64,000 nt of DNA from contig CAVYIM010000004.1 in NCBI GenBank assembly GCA_963768655.1, forward strand, positions 767,784 through 831,783, read 5' to 3'. The DNA is from an uncultured Chloroflexia bacterium (GTDB lineage Bacteria > Chloroflexota > Limnocylindria > Limnocylindrales > CSP1-4). Position 1 is the stretch's first letter, and every line of letters starts with the position of its first letter. Positions 8,272 through 16,511 of this stretch are shown here, in pieces. The notes under the pieces were generated by a model. It was not told the DNA's origin, searched no databases, and saw nothing but the letters and a program-made list of their open reading frames with translations. Position numbers and translations under genes: made by a program.

Positions 8272-9687
8272 ATGCGGCTCTGGGGCGGTCGGTTCGAAGG
8301 CACGACGGACGAGCGGGTGGCCGACTTCACCCGTTCGATCGAGCTCGACCGCGCGCTGGCGATCGACGACATCGCCGGCTCGATCGCCCATGTTCACGGG
8401 CTGGGGCGGGCCGGGCTGCTCGCGGACGACGAAGTGGCCACGATCGTCGCCGGCCTCGAAGGCCTGCGCGGCGAGGTAGAGACCGGCACGCTGGTCTGGG
8501 ACCCGGCGCTCGAGGACGTGCACATGAACCTGGAGGCGGCGCTGCGGGACCGAATCGGGCCCATCGCCGGACGCCTCCATACCGGACGATCCCGAAACGA
8601 CCAGGTCGCCACGGACCTGCGGCTCTGGCTGCGCCGCACGATCGATAACCTGGACGGGGCGATCCTGGACATGGAGCGGGCGCTCGTCGGCGTGGCGGTT
8701 CGTGACGGTGAGGCCGTCATGCCGGGCGCCACACACATCCAGCCGGCCCAGCCGGTGCTGCTGGCACATCACCTGCTGGCCTACGTCGAAATGCTCGAGC
8801 GCGACCGCGGTCGACTGGCGGACTGCCGGCGGCGGACCAACGTCTCGCCCCTGGGCTCGGGCGCTCTGGCGGGCGCGGGCTACCCGTTCGATCGCGAGAC
8901 GACGGCGAAGGAGCTCGGGTTCGAAGGCGTGACGGCCAACTCGCTCGACGCCGTAAGCGACCGGGACTTCGTCGTGGAGGCACTGGCCGCCATGGCGCTG
9001 TGCATGGTTCACCTGTCGCGGCTGGCCGAGGAGATCACCTGGTGGTCGAACCCGCGCTTCGGCTTCATCCGGGCGGCCGATTCGTTCTCGACGGGCTCGT
9101 CGATGATGCCGAACAAGAAGAACCCCGACCCGGCCGAGCTGGTGCGGGGCCGGGCGGCGCGCGTGATCGGGTCACTGACGGGGATGCTGGCGCTGCTGAA
9201 GGGGCTGCCGCTCGCGTATCAGCGCGATCTGCAGGAGGACAAGGCCCCGTTGTTCGAGTCGGCCGCGACGCTGGAGGCGTCGCTCGGCGTCATGGCCGGG
9301 ATGATCTCGACTCTGACCGTCGATCGCGAGCGGATGCGGGCCGCGGCCCAGGAGGGGTACGTCACTGCCACGGCCGTCGCCGACGCCCTCGTCCGGCGGG
9401 GAGTGGCTTTTCGGGCGGCCCACCATATCGTGGCCACGCTGGTCGCCGAAGCGGAGAGGGGCGGCGTCGGGCTCGAAGCGCTGGACGACGCCACGATCGC
9501 CGCGACGCTGGCCGCATCCGACGACGGCATGGCGGTCGCGATCGTGGGAGATGCCGCGCTCCCCGGGGAGCTGCGCGACGCCGCGGGGCTCGATGGCGCG
9601 CTGGCCGGCTGCGACGTCGTCGGCGGCACAGCGCCTCGTCGTGTGGCCGCGGCCCTGACCGCGGCGAGGGCTCGCCTGGGCGTGTAG
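8272..9687 (+). CDS. argH: Argininosuccinate lyase
   Basis: MRLWGGRF, LHTGRSRNDQVATD, GSSMMPNKKNPD; GGAGGAGG RBS. Confidence 0.97.
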   Translation: MRLWGGRFEGTTDERVADFTRSIELDRALAIDDIAGSIAHVHGLGRAGLLADDEVATIVAGLEGLRGEVETGTLVWDPALEDVHMNLEAALRDRIGPIAGRLHTGRSRNDQVATDLRLWLRRTIDNLDGAILDMERALVGVAVRDGEAVMPGATHIQPAQPVLLAHHLLAYVEMLERDRGRLADCRRRTNVSPLGSGALAGAGYPFDRETTAKELGFEGVTANSLDAVSDRDFVVEALAAMALCMVHLSRLAEEITWWSNPRFGFIRAADSFSTGSSMMPNKKNPDPAELVRGRAARVIGSLTGMLALLKGLPLAYQRDLQEDKAPLFESAATLEASLGVMAGMISTLTVDRERMRAAAQEGYVTATAVADALVRRGVAFRAAHHIVATLVAEAERGGVGLEALDDATIAATLAASDDGMAVAIVGDAALPGELRDAAGLDGALAGCDVVGGTAPRRVAAALTAARARLGV

Positions 9688-9937
9688 CCACGGCTGCGCG
9701 GGCCCGCGGTGACCGATCGCCGGCCCGATCGCCGGCAGGCCGCCTGACCGCTCGCCGGCAGGCCGCCTGGCCGCTCGCCAACCAGCCGGGCCGCTCGTTC
9801 GGCCGCCGGCGCCGCCATCGTCCCGATTTGTCACCGAATCTGCGCCGCTTCGATCTCGCATTCGGTGGCCGCACCGGCGTAGTCTGATGTCGCGCGGCAG
9901 GTGGGCCGCGGGTGCGCCGCGCCAGTCAGGTGGACGG

Positions 9938-10201
9938 ATGAAGCTGCACGAGTACGAGCCGGTCGAGGGAGAGTCCAAACCCCGCGCCGTGCACCGCGAG
10001 GGATCGTCTGTGCTGACCTGCGCCGCCTGCGGCTGCCGCCTCCTCGCCCGCGAATCTCTGCCGGACGGCGGCGGCTACGGCCCGGACGCGGCCTGGCGCC
10101 ATTACCACGGCAACACCCAGGAGACGGACGCCCGGGGCTGCCGGGTCGTGTGCGTTGATCGCCCGCACCGCACGATCCCGGTGGAGCAGCTCGCCTCCTA
10201 G
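9938..10201 (+). CDS. Hypothetical 87-aa Cys/His-rich protein (CxxCxC...H.H...CxxxC...H)
   Basis: Clean ORF with high GC3; upstream -10 TAGTCT at 9880-9885; no recognised family. Confidence 0.7.
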   Translation: MKLHEYEPVEGESKPRAVHREGSSVLTCAACGCRLLARESLPDGGGYGPDAAWRHYHGNTQETDARGCRVVCVDRPHRTIPVEQLAS

Positions 10202-10311
10202 CGCCACGCGCCGCGCCGCCACACGCCGCCACGCACCGGGCCGCCACGCCGGCACGCGCCCGGCCGCCACGCGCGCGCCGCGCCACACTGCCGGTCCCGC
10301 CACCCGAGCCC

Positions 10312-10399
10312 CGTCCTGAACGGCAACCGTCGCGCCACCGCAGCGCCACCGCCGGGTCACTCGACCGGTACTGATTCGGGCGAGCTCGCTACGTACGCT
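10312..10399 (+). promoter_or_regulatory. amt1 promoter with an 11-bp-periodic direct-repeat operator (copy 1 of 3)
   Basis: CGTCCTGAACG GCAAC-N6-GCCAC-N6-GCCAC-N6-GTCAC-N6-GGTAC TGATT; CTGATT-17 bp-TACGCT. Confidence 0.85.
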
Positions 10400-10458
10400 T
10401 CGGCCGGCCGCATCGACACGGGTCGTTTGCTGCGGCGTGGAGCGAAGGAGACAACAGC

Positions 10459-11700
10459 GTGAACCCCGCCTCGAGCGCCATCAACTCCGGCGACACCGCC
10501 TGGGTCCTGACCTCGGCCGCGCTCGTCATGCTCATGACGCCGGGCCTGGCTCTGTTCTATGGCGGCCTTGTCCGCCGCAAGAACGTGCTCAGCACGATCA
10601 TGCACAGCATCTTCATCCTCGCCCTGGTCAGCGTGACATGGGTTCTGGTCGGCTTCACGCTGGCCTTCGGCAAAGACGTGAACGGCTGGGGAATAATCGG
10701 CGGCCTCGACTTCGTCGGCCTGCGGGGCGTCGGCAAGGATCCGCTCACGCAATACGCGCCTAGCATTCCCGGTTCCGCCTTCATGGCCTTCCAGATGATG
10801 TTCGCCGTGATCACGCCGGCCCTCATCACCGGTGCCTTCGCCGAGCGCAAGCGCTTCAAGGCTTTCGTGCTGTTCTCGCTGCTGTGGACGCTCATCGTCT
10901 ATTCGCCGATCGCCCACTGGGTCTGGGGCGAAGGCGGTTGGCTCCGCAACCTGGGCGTCCTCGACTTCGCCGGCGGCACAGTCGTCCACATCAGCTCGGG
11001 TGTCGCGGCCCTCGTCGCCGCGCTGGTCCTTGGACCGCGGGTCAAGCGCGAGTCGGACCGCTTCGAGCCGCACGACGTCCGCCTGACGGTCATCGGCGCG
11101 GGCCTGCTCTGGTTCGGCTGGTTCGGCTTCAACGGCGGCTCCGCCCTGGCGGCCAACGGCACTGCCGCCAACGCGTTCGTCGTTACGAACACGGCCGCCG
11201 GCATGGCGGCCCTCACCTGGGTCACGATGAGCTGGCTGCACAAGGGCACGCCGAGCGTCGTGGGCGCCGTCGCGGGCGGCGTCGCCGGTCTCGTGGCCAT
11301 CACCCCCGCGTCGGGGTTTGTCGACGCGAGCGCCGCGATCATCATCGGCTTCGCGGCCGGTGCGGTCTGCTACAGCGCCATCCTGCTGCGCGAGCGGCTC
11401 AAGATCGACGACGCGCTCGATGTCTGGGCGGTCCACGGCGTCGGCGGCACGCTCGGCGCGATCCTGACGGGTGTATTCGCCGTGGCCGCGGTCGGCGGCG
11501 CGTCCGGCCTCGTCGACGGCAATCCCGGCCAGGTCGGAACGCAGCTGGTGGCTGTGGCCGCGACCTGGATCTACAGCGGCATCGCCACCTTCATCATCCT
11601 CAAGGTAGTCGACTTCTTCGTCGGGCTTCGCGTCGACGAGGCCGAAGAGGAAGCGGGCCTGGACTCCTCGCAGCATGGCGAGGTGGCCTGGCAGCTCTAG
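10459..11700 (+). CDS. amtB: Ammonium transporter (paralog 1)
   Basis: GDTAWVL, LMTPGLALFYGG, FQMMFA, DFAGGTVVH, LWFGWFGFN, DDALDVWAVHG, C-terminal EEAGLD. Confidence 0.97.
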   Translation: MNPASSAINSGDTAWVLTSAALVMLMTPGLALFYGGLVRRKNVLSTIMHSIFILALVSVTWVLVGFTLAFGKDVNGWGIIGGLDFVGLRGVGKDPLTQYAPSIPGSAFMAFQMMFAVITPALITGAFAERKRFKAFVLFSLLWTLIVYSPIAHWVWGEGGWLRNLGVLDFAGGTVVHISSGVAALVAALVLGPRVKRESDRFEPHDVRLTVIGAGLLWFGWFGFNGGSALAANGTAANAFVVTNTAAGMAALTWVTMSWLHKGTPSVVGAVAGGVAGLVAITPASGFVDASAAIIIGFAAGAVCYSAILLRERLKIDDALDVWAVHGVGGTLGAILTGVFAVAAVGGASGLVDGNPGQVGTQLVAVAATWIYSGIATFIILKVVDFFVGLRVDEAEEEAGLDSSQHGEVAWQL

Positions 11701-11837
11701 CGGGCGCACACGCCGGGGCAGCGGCGCGGCCGCGCCGCTCGAGCCGGCACCAATCGGCAACCTCGAACCTTTGAAGGGCCCGCCGAGAGGGCCCTCGAGA
11801 ACCGCCAGCCGAGCCAGCGGGCCCGGTCGCCACAACG

Positions 11838-11925
11838 CGTCCCGAACGACAACCCTCGCGCCACCAGAGCGCCACCCGAGGGTCACTCGGTCGTAACTGA
11901 TTCCCGACGCCTCGCTCCATACGCT
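11838..11925 (+). promoter_or_regulatory. amt2 promoter with an 11-bp-periodic direct-repeat operator (copy 2 of 3)
   Basis: CGTCCCGAACG ACAAC-N6-GCCAC-N6-GCCAC-N6-GTCAC-N6-GTAAC TGATT; CTGATT-17 bp-TACGCT. Confidence 0.85.
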
Positions 11926-11984
11926 TCCCCGGGCCGCTTTCGCGGCATTCGTCCGTTGCGATTGGGAAGCGAAGGAGTCTCGGC

Positions 11985-13211
11985 GTGATCAATGGTGGCG
12001 ACACCGCCTGGGTATTGACCGCCACGGCGCTGGTCATGTTGATGACGCCCGGTCTGGCCCTCTTCTACGGTGGCCTGGTCCGCCGCAAGAACGTCCTCAG
12101 CATCCTCATGCAGTGCATGTTCATCCTCGGCCTGGTCAGCGTGACCTGGGTGCTGGTCGGCTACACCCTGGCCTTCGGGCCGGACGTCAACGGCTGGGGC
12201 ATCATCGGCGGCCTGGACAACATCGGCCTCAAGGGCGTCGGTATCGCTCCGGGCCCGTACGCGGCGACCATCCCGGCGACCGCGTTCGCGCTGTTCCAGA
12301 TGATGTTCGCCATCATCACCCCGGCCCTGATCATCGGCGCCTTCGCCGAGCGCAAGCGCTTCAAGGCCTTCGTCCTCTTCGCCTTGCTGTGGAGCCTGCT
12401 CGTCTACTCGCCGATCTGCCACTGGGTCTGGGGCGAGGGCGGCTGGCTGCGCAACATGGGCGTGCTCGACTACGCCGGCGGCACGGTCGTCCACATCAGC
12501 TCCGGCGTCGCGGCCCTGGTGGCGGCGCTCGTCCTGGGCCCGCGCGTCCGGCGCGAGTCCGAGCGCTTCGAGCCCCACGACGTCCGGCTGACGGTCATCG
12601 GCGCCGGCATCCTGTGGTTCGGCTGGTTCGGCTTCAACGGCGGCTCGGCGCTCGCCGCGAACGGCCTCGCCGTCAATGCGGTCCTGGTGACGAACACCGC
12701 CGCCGGAATGGGCGCGCTGACCTGGATGACGATGAGCTGGCTGCACAAGGGTTCGCCGAGCGTCATCGGCGCCGTGTCGGGCGCGATCGCCGGCGAGGTC
12801 GGCATCACGCCGGCCTCCGGCTTCGTCGACCCAAGCTCCGCAATCCTGATCGGCTTCATCGCCGGCGTCGTCTGCTACAGCGCGATCCTGCTGCGCGAGC
12901 GCATGAAGATCGACGACGCCCTAGACGTCTGGGCTGTCCACGGTGTCGGGGGCACGCTGGGCGTCCTGCTCACCGGCGTCCTGGCGACGACCGCTGTGAA
13001 TACCGTGGGCCGGGGCTGGATCGACGGCAACTTCGGCCAGATCGGCATCCAGCTCGTCGCCATCGTCGCCGTGTGGGTCTACAGCGCGGTGGCGACCTTC
13101 GTGATACTCAAGCTCGTGGACGTGGCCGTGGGGCTCCGAGTCGGCGAGGCCGAGGAGGAGGCCGGGCTGGATGCCAGCCAGCACGGCGAGACGGTCGCCT
13201 TCCAGAACTGA
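11985..13211 (+). CDS. amtB: Ammonium transporter (paralog 2)
   Basis: Same Amt motifs as paralog 1; DYAGG and GAIAGEVGITP variants. Confidence 0.97.
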   Translation: MINGGDTAWVLTATALVMLMTPGLALFYGGLVRRKNVLSILMQCMFILGLVSVTWVLVGYTLAFGPDVNGWGIIGGLDNIGLKGVGIAPGPYAATIPATAFALFQMMFAIITPALIIGAFAERKRFKAFVLFALLWSLLVYSPICHWVWGEGGWLRNMGVLDYAGGTVVHISSGVAALVAALVLGPRVRRESERFEPHDVRLTVIGAGILWFGWFGFNGGSALAANGLAVNAVLVTNTAAGMGALTWMTMSWLHKGSPSVIGAVSGAIAGEVGITPASGFVDPSSAILIGFIAGVVCYSAILLRERMKIDDALDVWAVHGVGGTLGVLLTGVLATTAVNTVGRGWIDGNFGQIGIQLVAIVAVWVYSAVATFVILKLVDVAVGLRVGEAEEEAGLDASQHGETVAFQN

Positions 13212-13233
13212 GCCGTTCTGCCTTTCGCGAAGG

Positions 13234-13270
13234 ACGGCGCCGCCTTCTCCCCCTCGGGCGGCGCCGTTCT
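13234..13270 (+). terminator. Putative intrinsic terminator after amt2
   Basis: ACGGCGCCGCC-loop-GGCGGCGCCGT followed by a pyrimidine run. Confidence 0.55.
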
Positions 13271-13320
13271 CCTCTTGCGCGCCGCCCCGTTGCGCGTGAA
13301 GCCGATCTGCGAGCCGCTAT

Positions 13321-13512
13321 CTCGCCAGACTTGCCTGGAGTGGAAGTTGGGAGCGACAAGGGGCCGGCGTAAGGGGTGCGGGATCCGGTGCCGAGCAGGC
13401 GCCGTCTCGATTTCACGCTCGACGACCCCGACACCCGGACAGAGCCAGGGCTGACCCGGTCGAGTGAGGCCCGCAATCAGCGCCAACTTTCACCTGGGGC
13501 AAGTTTGGCCAG
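13321..13512. repeat. ~190-bp intergenic element bounded by ~28-30-bp imperfect inverted repeats (MITE/REPIN-like, copy 1)
   Basis: GCCAGACTTGCCTGGAGTGGAAGTTGG ... CCAACTTTCACCTGGGGCAAGTTTGGC; related ends at 26728-26936. Confidence 0.6.
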
Positions 13513-13621
13513 AAGTGGGCTCGCGAATGCGCCGTGCCGTGGTCGCGCCGCCGTCGCGCCCGGGTCGCGCCGCCGTCGCGCCCGGGTCGCGGGTCCGCGC
13601 CTGGGTCGCGAACGGGCGAAA

Positions 13622-13709
13622 CGTCCCGAACGGCAACTGTCGTGTCACCGGAGCGTCACCGAAAGTCCACCCTCGCGCTACTGATTTGGGCCGACTCCTT
13701 CCATAGACT
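13622..13709 (+). promoter_or_regulatory. Promoter with the 11-bp-periodic operator (copy 3 of 3), upstream of a small ORF
   Basis: CGTCCCGAACG GCAAC-N6-GTCAC-N6-GTCAC-N6-TCCAC-N6-GCTAC TGATT; CTGATT-17 bp-TAGACT. Confidence 0.85.
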
Positions 13710-13764
13710 TCCAGTCAATGAAACGGGACCGAGGGTCCCAGAGCTCAGCCGAAGGAGCTAAGAA

Positions 13765-13848
13765 ATGATCGTCGCAGCCGCTTTCCTCAGTTTCGGTCTC
13801 CTGGTCGTGGCCTGGTTCGTCGCTCCGTCCCACGCGGCGGCCGAGTAG
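13765..13848 (+). CDS. Unannotated 27-aa hydrophobic peptide MIVAAAFLSFGLLVVAWFVAPSHAAAE
   Basis: Own promoter; GAAGGAG RBS 7 nt before the ATG (same SD as both amt genes); one TM-length hydrophobic stretch; downstream terminator; below the ORF-track length cutoff. Confidence 0.75.
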   Translation: MIVAAAFLSFGLLVVAWFVAPSHAAAE

Positions 13849-13931
13849 CAGCGGTCGTTTCCGCGGCCTCGACCGGTAGCAGTGCCGGTCTCCCGGGCGC
13901 CTCGCCTCTGACGCGCCACCCAACAGGCAAA

Positions 13932-13988
13932 CCCACACGCCGGCCCGCGCACCTTTTCGGCAGGTTGCGCGGGCTTCGTGTTTGTGGG
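13932..13988 (+). terminator. Intrinsic terminator closing the small-ORF transcript
   Basis: GCCCGCGCA-CCT...AGGT-TGCGCGGGC stem followed by TTCGTGTTTG. Confidence 0.7.
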
Positions 13989-14316
13989 CGGCGGGGGACC
14001 CCACGGAATCCGGAGGCGCGGCGCCAACCATCCCGTCATTTACCAACGGGGGCAGCACGAGAATGACTTCTCGGGCAAGATCGCGGACCCACCCAAATCC
14101 TGCGGCGACGTCAGGGCCTCCAGGTTCTGGGAGCCGCCGCTAGGTTCGCGGGCCGGCCGGGCCCCGCGCCGCCGCCCGATCGCGCCAGTGCCGCCGCCCC
14201 GGCGCCCGATCGCGCCAGTGCCGCCGCGCCGCGCCCGCGCCACGCGCCAGTGCCGCGCCCCACGCAACGCGCCGCCGCCCCGCCCCCCTGCCGCCCCCGC
14301 CGCTCGGCGCCGCGCG

Positions 14317-15030
14317 TTACTCCACGTCTTCGAGCCGGTAGCCCACGCCGCGGACCGAGGCCGGCACCGGCGCGCCGGACTCCTCCAGCTTGGAGCGCAG
14401 GCGTGCCAGATGAGGTTTGAGCCACTGCGGATCGGGGTTCGGCTCACCGGGCCAGCCCGCGGCGAGCAGCGAGCTGTGCGAGACCACGTGGCCGGCCGCG
14501 GCGACGAGCGAGGCGAGCAGGCTGTACTCGGTGCGGGTCAGGACGAGCTCCGCGCCGGCGACGGAGGCTGTGTGGCGGCCGCGGTCGAGGACGATCGAGC
14601 CCCACCGCAGCTCCCCGGCGCCGCGTGGCTCCGCCTCGTTGCCGCGTCGGCGCATCACGGCCCGGATGCGGGCCAGCAGCTCCTGCTTGCCGAACGGCTT
14701 GACCACGTAGTCGTCCGCGCCCGTGTCCAGCGCCTCGACCTTGGCGCGCTCGTCGGCCTCGCCCGTGAGGACGATGATCGGCGTCTGCGACATGCGCCGG
14801 ATAGCGCGGCAGACCTCGACGCCGTCGAGCCCGGGCATGGCCAGGTCCAACAGCACCAGGTCCGGGCGTTCCTCGGAGAAGCGGCGCAGCGCGGCGTTGC
14901 CGTCGTACGCGGTGACGACGCGATGTCCGGCGCGACCGACCAGGGCCGACACGGCGCCCACCATGGCCGGCTCGTCGTCGACGACGAGGATCAGCAGGCT
15001 CGCCTCCGTCACCGGACCCGTGGTGCTCAA
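14317..15030 (-). CDS. OmpR/PhoB-family response regulator (receiver + winged HTH)
   Basis: VVDDE, LLDLAMPGLDG (phospho-Asp), GADDYVVKPF, LTRTEY, HLARLRSKLE..VRGVGYRL. Confidence 0.95.
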   Translation of the reverse strand: MSTTGPVTEASLLILVVDDEPAMVGAVSALVGRAGHRVVTAYDGNAALRRFSEERPDLVLLDLAMPGLDGVEVCRAIRRMSQTPIIVLTGEADERAKVEALDTGADDYVVKPFGKQELLARIRAVMRRRGNEAEPRGAGELRWGSIVLDRGRHTASVAGAELVLTRTEYSLLASLVAAAGHVVSHSSLLAAGWPGEPNPDPQWLKPHLARLRSKLEESGAPVPASVRGVGYRLEDVE

Positions 15031-15078
15031 CTTGTGGCCTCCGCTCCAATCTGCGCTGACGCGCTGAGCTGCCCTTCG

Positions 15079-16509
15079 CTACCCGTCCGAGCCGGCCTCG
15101 GACATGACGCCGGCCTCGGGGCCGTCGCCGTCCCCCGAAGTGTCGCGCATCTCGGGCACCGCAACCATAAAGCGACTGCCGCCGTACCCATTTGATTCCA
15201 ACCAGACACGTCCGCCCATAGCGTTCATGAGCCGCCGGGCCGCGTAGAGCCCGATTCCGGAGCCTCTCGGTCGCGTCGCCGTCCGGACATACGCGTCGAA
15301 GACCGACTGCCATTCGGCCTCGGGGATCCCGGGCCCGTCGTCGGTGACGTAGATCCTGACTTCGCCATCCCCTCGCGATGCCCCGACGCTGACCGACCCG
15401 CCGTCGGGCGAATACTTCACCTCGTTCTCCAGCAGATGCTCCAGGACCTGGCGGAAGCGCCCCTCGTCGCCCACGCCCATCAGCTCCTCCCAGGTGCCGG
15501 TGCGGCGCAGCGGATGCTCTCGCAGCAGCGGCGACATCTCGCCGATCGTGTCGTTCACGGCGCGAGCGACGTCGAACGGGAGCCGCGCCAGACCCGCCGC
15601 CAGTCCCTCGCCGCGGACCGATGCCAGGATCGAATCCACCAGCCGATCCAGGCGCGTCACCTGCCCGATCGCCTGGCTGCGCCACTCTTCGACGAGCGTC
15701 GGGTCGGGCCCGGCGCCGCTGCCCGCAGCGTCGGCGGCCGCGTCCGACAGCAGATCCACATACGCCCGCACGACCGCCAGCGGCGTCCGCAGCTCGTGCG
15801 TCACGACCGCCAGCAGCTCGGCCCGGGCGCCGTCGAGAGCCGTGAGGGTCTGGAGCTGCTCTTCCGCCTCGGCCTGGAGCCGCCCTTTCTCGACGATGCC
15901 GCCCAGGAGCGCCCCGATCGTGACCAGGAACTCGACCTCCTCCGGGGAGAAGAGGCGGGTTTCGATCGCCTGGACGTTGATGACGCCGATGATCGTGTCG
16001 TTCCACGGCAGCGGCACCGAGAGCATCGAGACGAACTGCGACTGGTCGAAGCCGGGCACCCACTTGAAGCGCGGATCGACCCGAACGTCGGGCGAGGCGA
16101 CCGGCCGGCCGAGCATCGCGGCGCGACCCGTCAGGCCTTCGCCCAGGCCCAGCGTGACGCGTCCGATCTGATCGCGGTCGAGGCCGTTCGTGGCGGCCAG
16201 CCGAAGGCACGACTCGTCGCGCTCCATGAGGTAGACGGAGCAGACCTCGACGTCCAGGGCGGTCGTGGTTCGATCCACGATCGTCCGCATCAGCTCGTCC
16301 CAGTTGCGCGCCGTGGTGAGCAGCTTGGCGAACTCGTGCAGGAACTCGAGCTCGCGCAGCTTGCGCTCGGCGTCGAACGGCGCGTCGACCTTCGGGCCCG
16401 AGAGTCCGGTCGAGCCCGGAGGTCCTTCCGGCTCGAGTCCCTGAGCAGTGGCAGGTGCGGGCTCGGGTCGCGGGCCGCGCTCGCTTTGCTCGCCTTCGGG
16501 CCCGTTCAT
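15079..16509 (-). CDS. Soluble GAF-domain sensor histidine kinase
   Basis: GAF (VCSVYL...LAATNGL...GEGLTG...DPRFK...MLSVPL..IGVINVQ), H-box THELRTPL, N-box LLENEVKYS, DDGPGI, GSGIGL; no TM segment. Confidence 0.93.
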   Translation of the reverse strand: MNGPEGEQSERGPRPEPAPATAQGLEPEGPPGSTGLSGPKVDAPFDAERKLRELEFLHEFAKLLTTARNWDELMRTIVDRTTTALDVEVCSVYLMERDESCLRLAATNGLDRDQIGRVTLGLGEGLTGRAAMLGRPVASPDVRVDPRFKWVPGFDQSQFVSMLSVPLPWNDTIIGVINVQAIETRLFSPEEVEFLVTIGALLGGIVEKGRLQAEAEEQLQTLTALDGARAELLAVVTHELRTPLAVVRAYVDLLSDAAADAAGSGAGPDPTLVEEWRSQAIGQVTRLDRLVDSILASVRGEGLAAGLARLPFDVARAVNDTIGEMSPLLREHPLRRTGTWEELMGVGDEGRFRQVLEHLLENEVKYSPDGGSVSVGASRGDGEVRIYVTDDGPGIPEAEWQSVFDAYVRTATRPRGSGIGLYAARRLMNAMGGRVWLESNGYGGSRFMVAVPEMRDTSGDGDGPEAGVMSEAGSDG

Positions 16510-16511
16510 CG

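Noticed and set aside
14150-14315. GC-rich short repeats (also near 9690-9810, 10202-10300 and 13540-13610)
   Set aside because: Low-complexity slippage repeats without spacers or coding signal.
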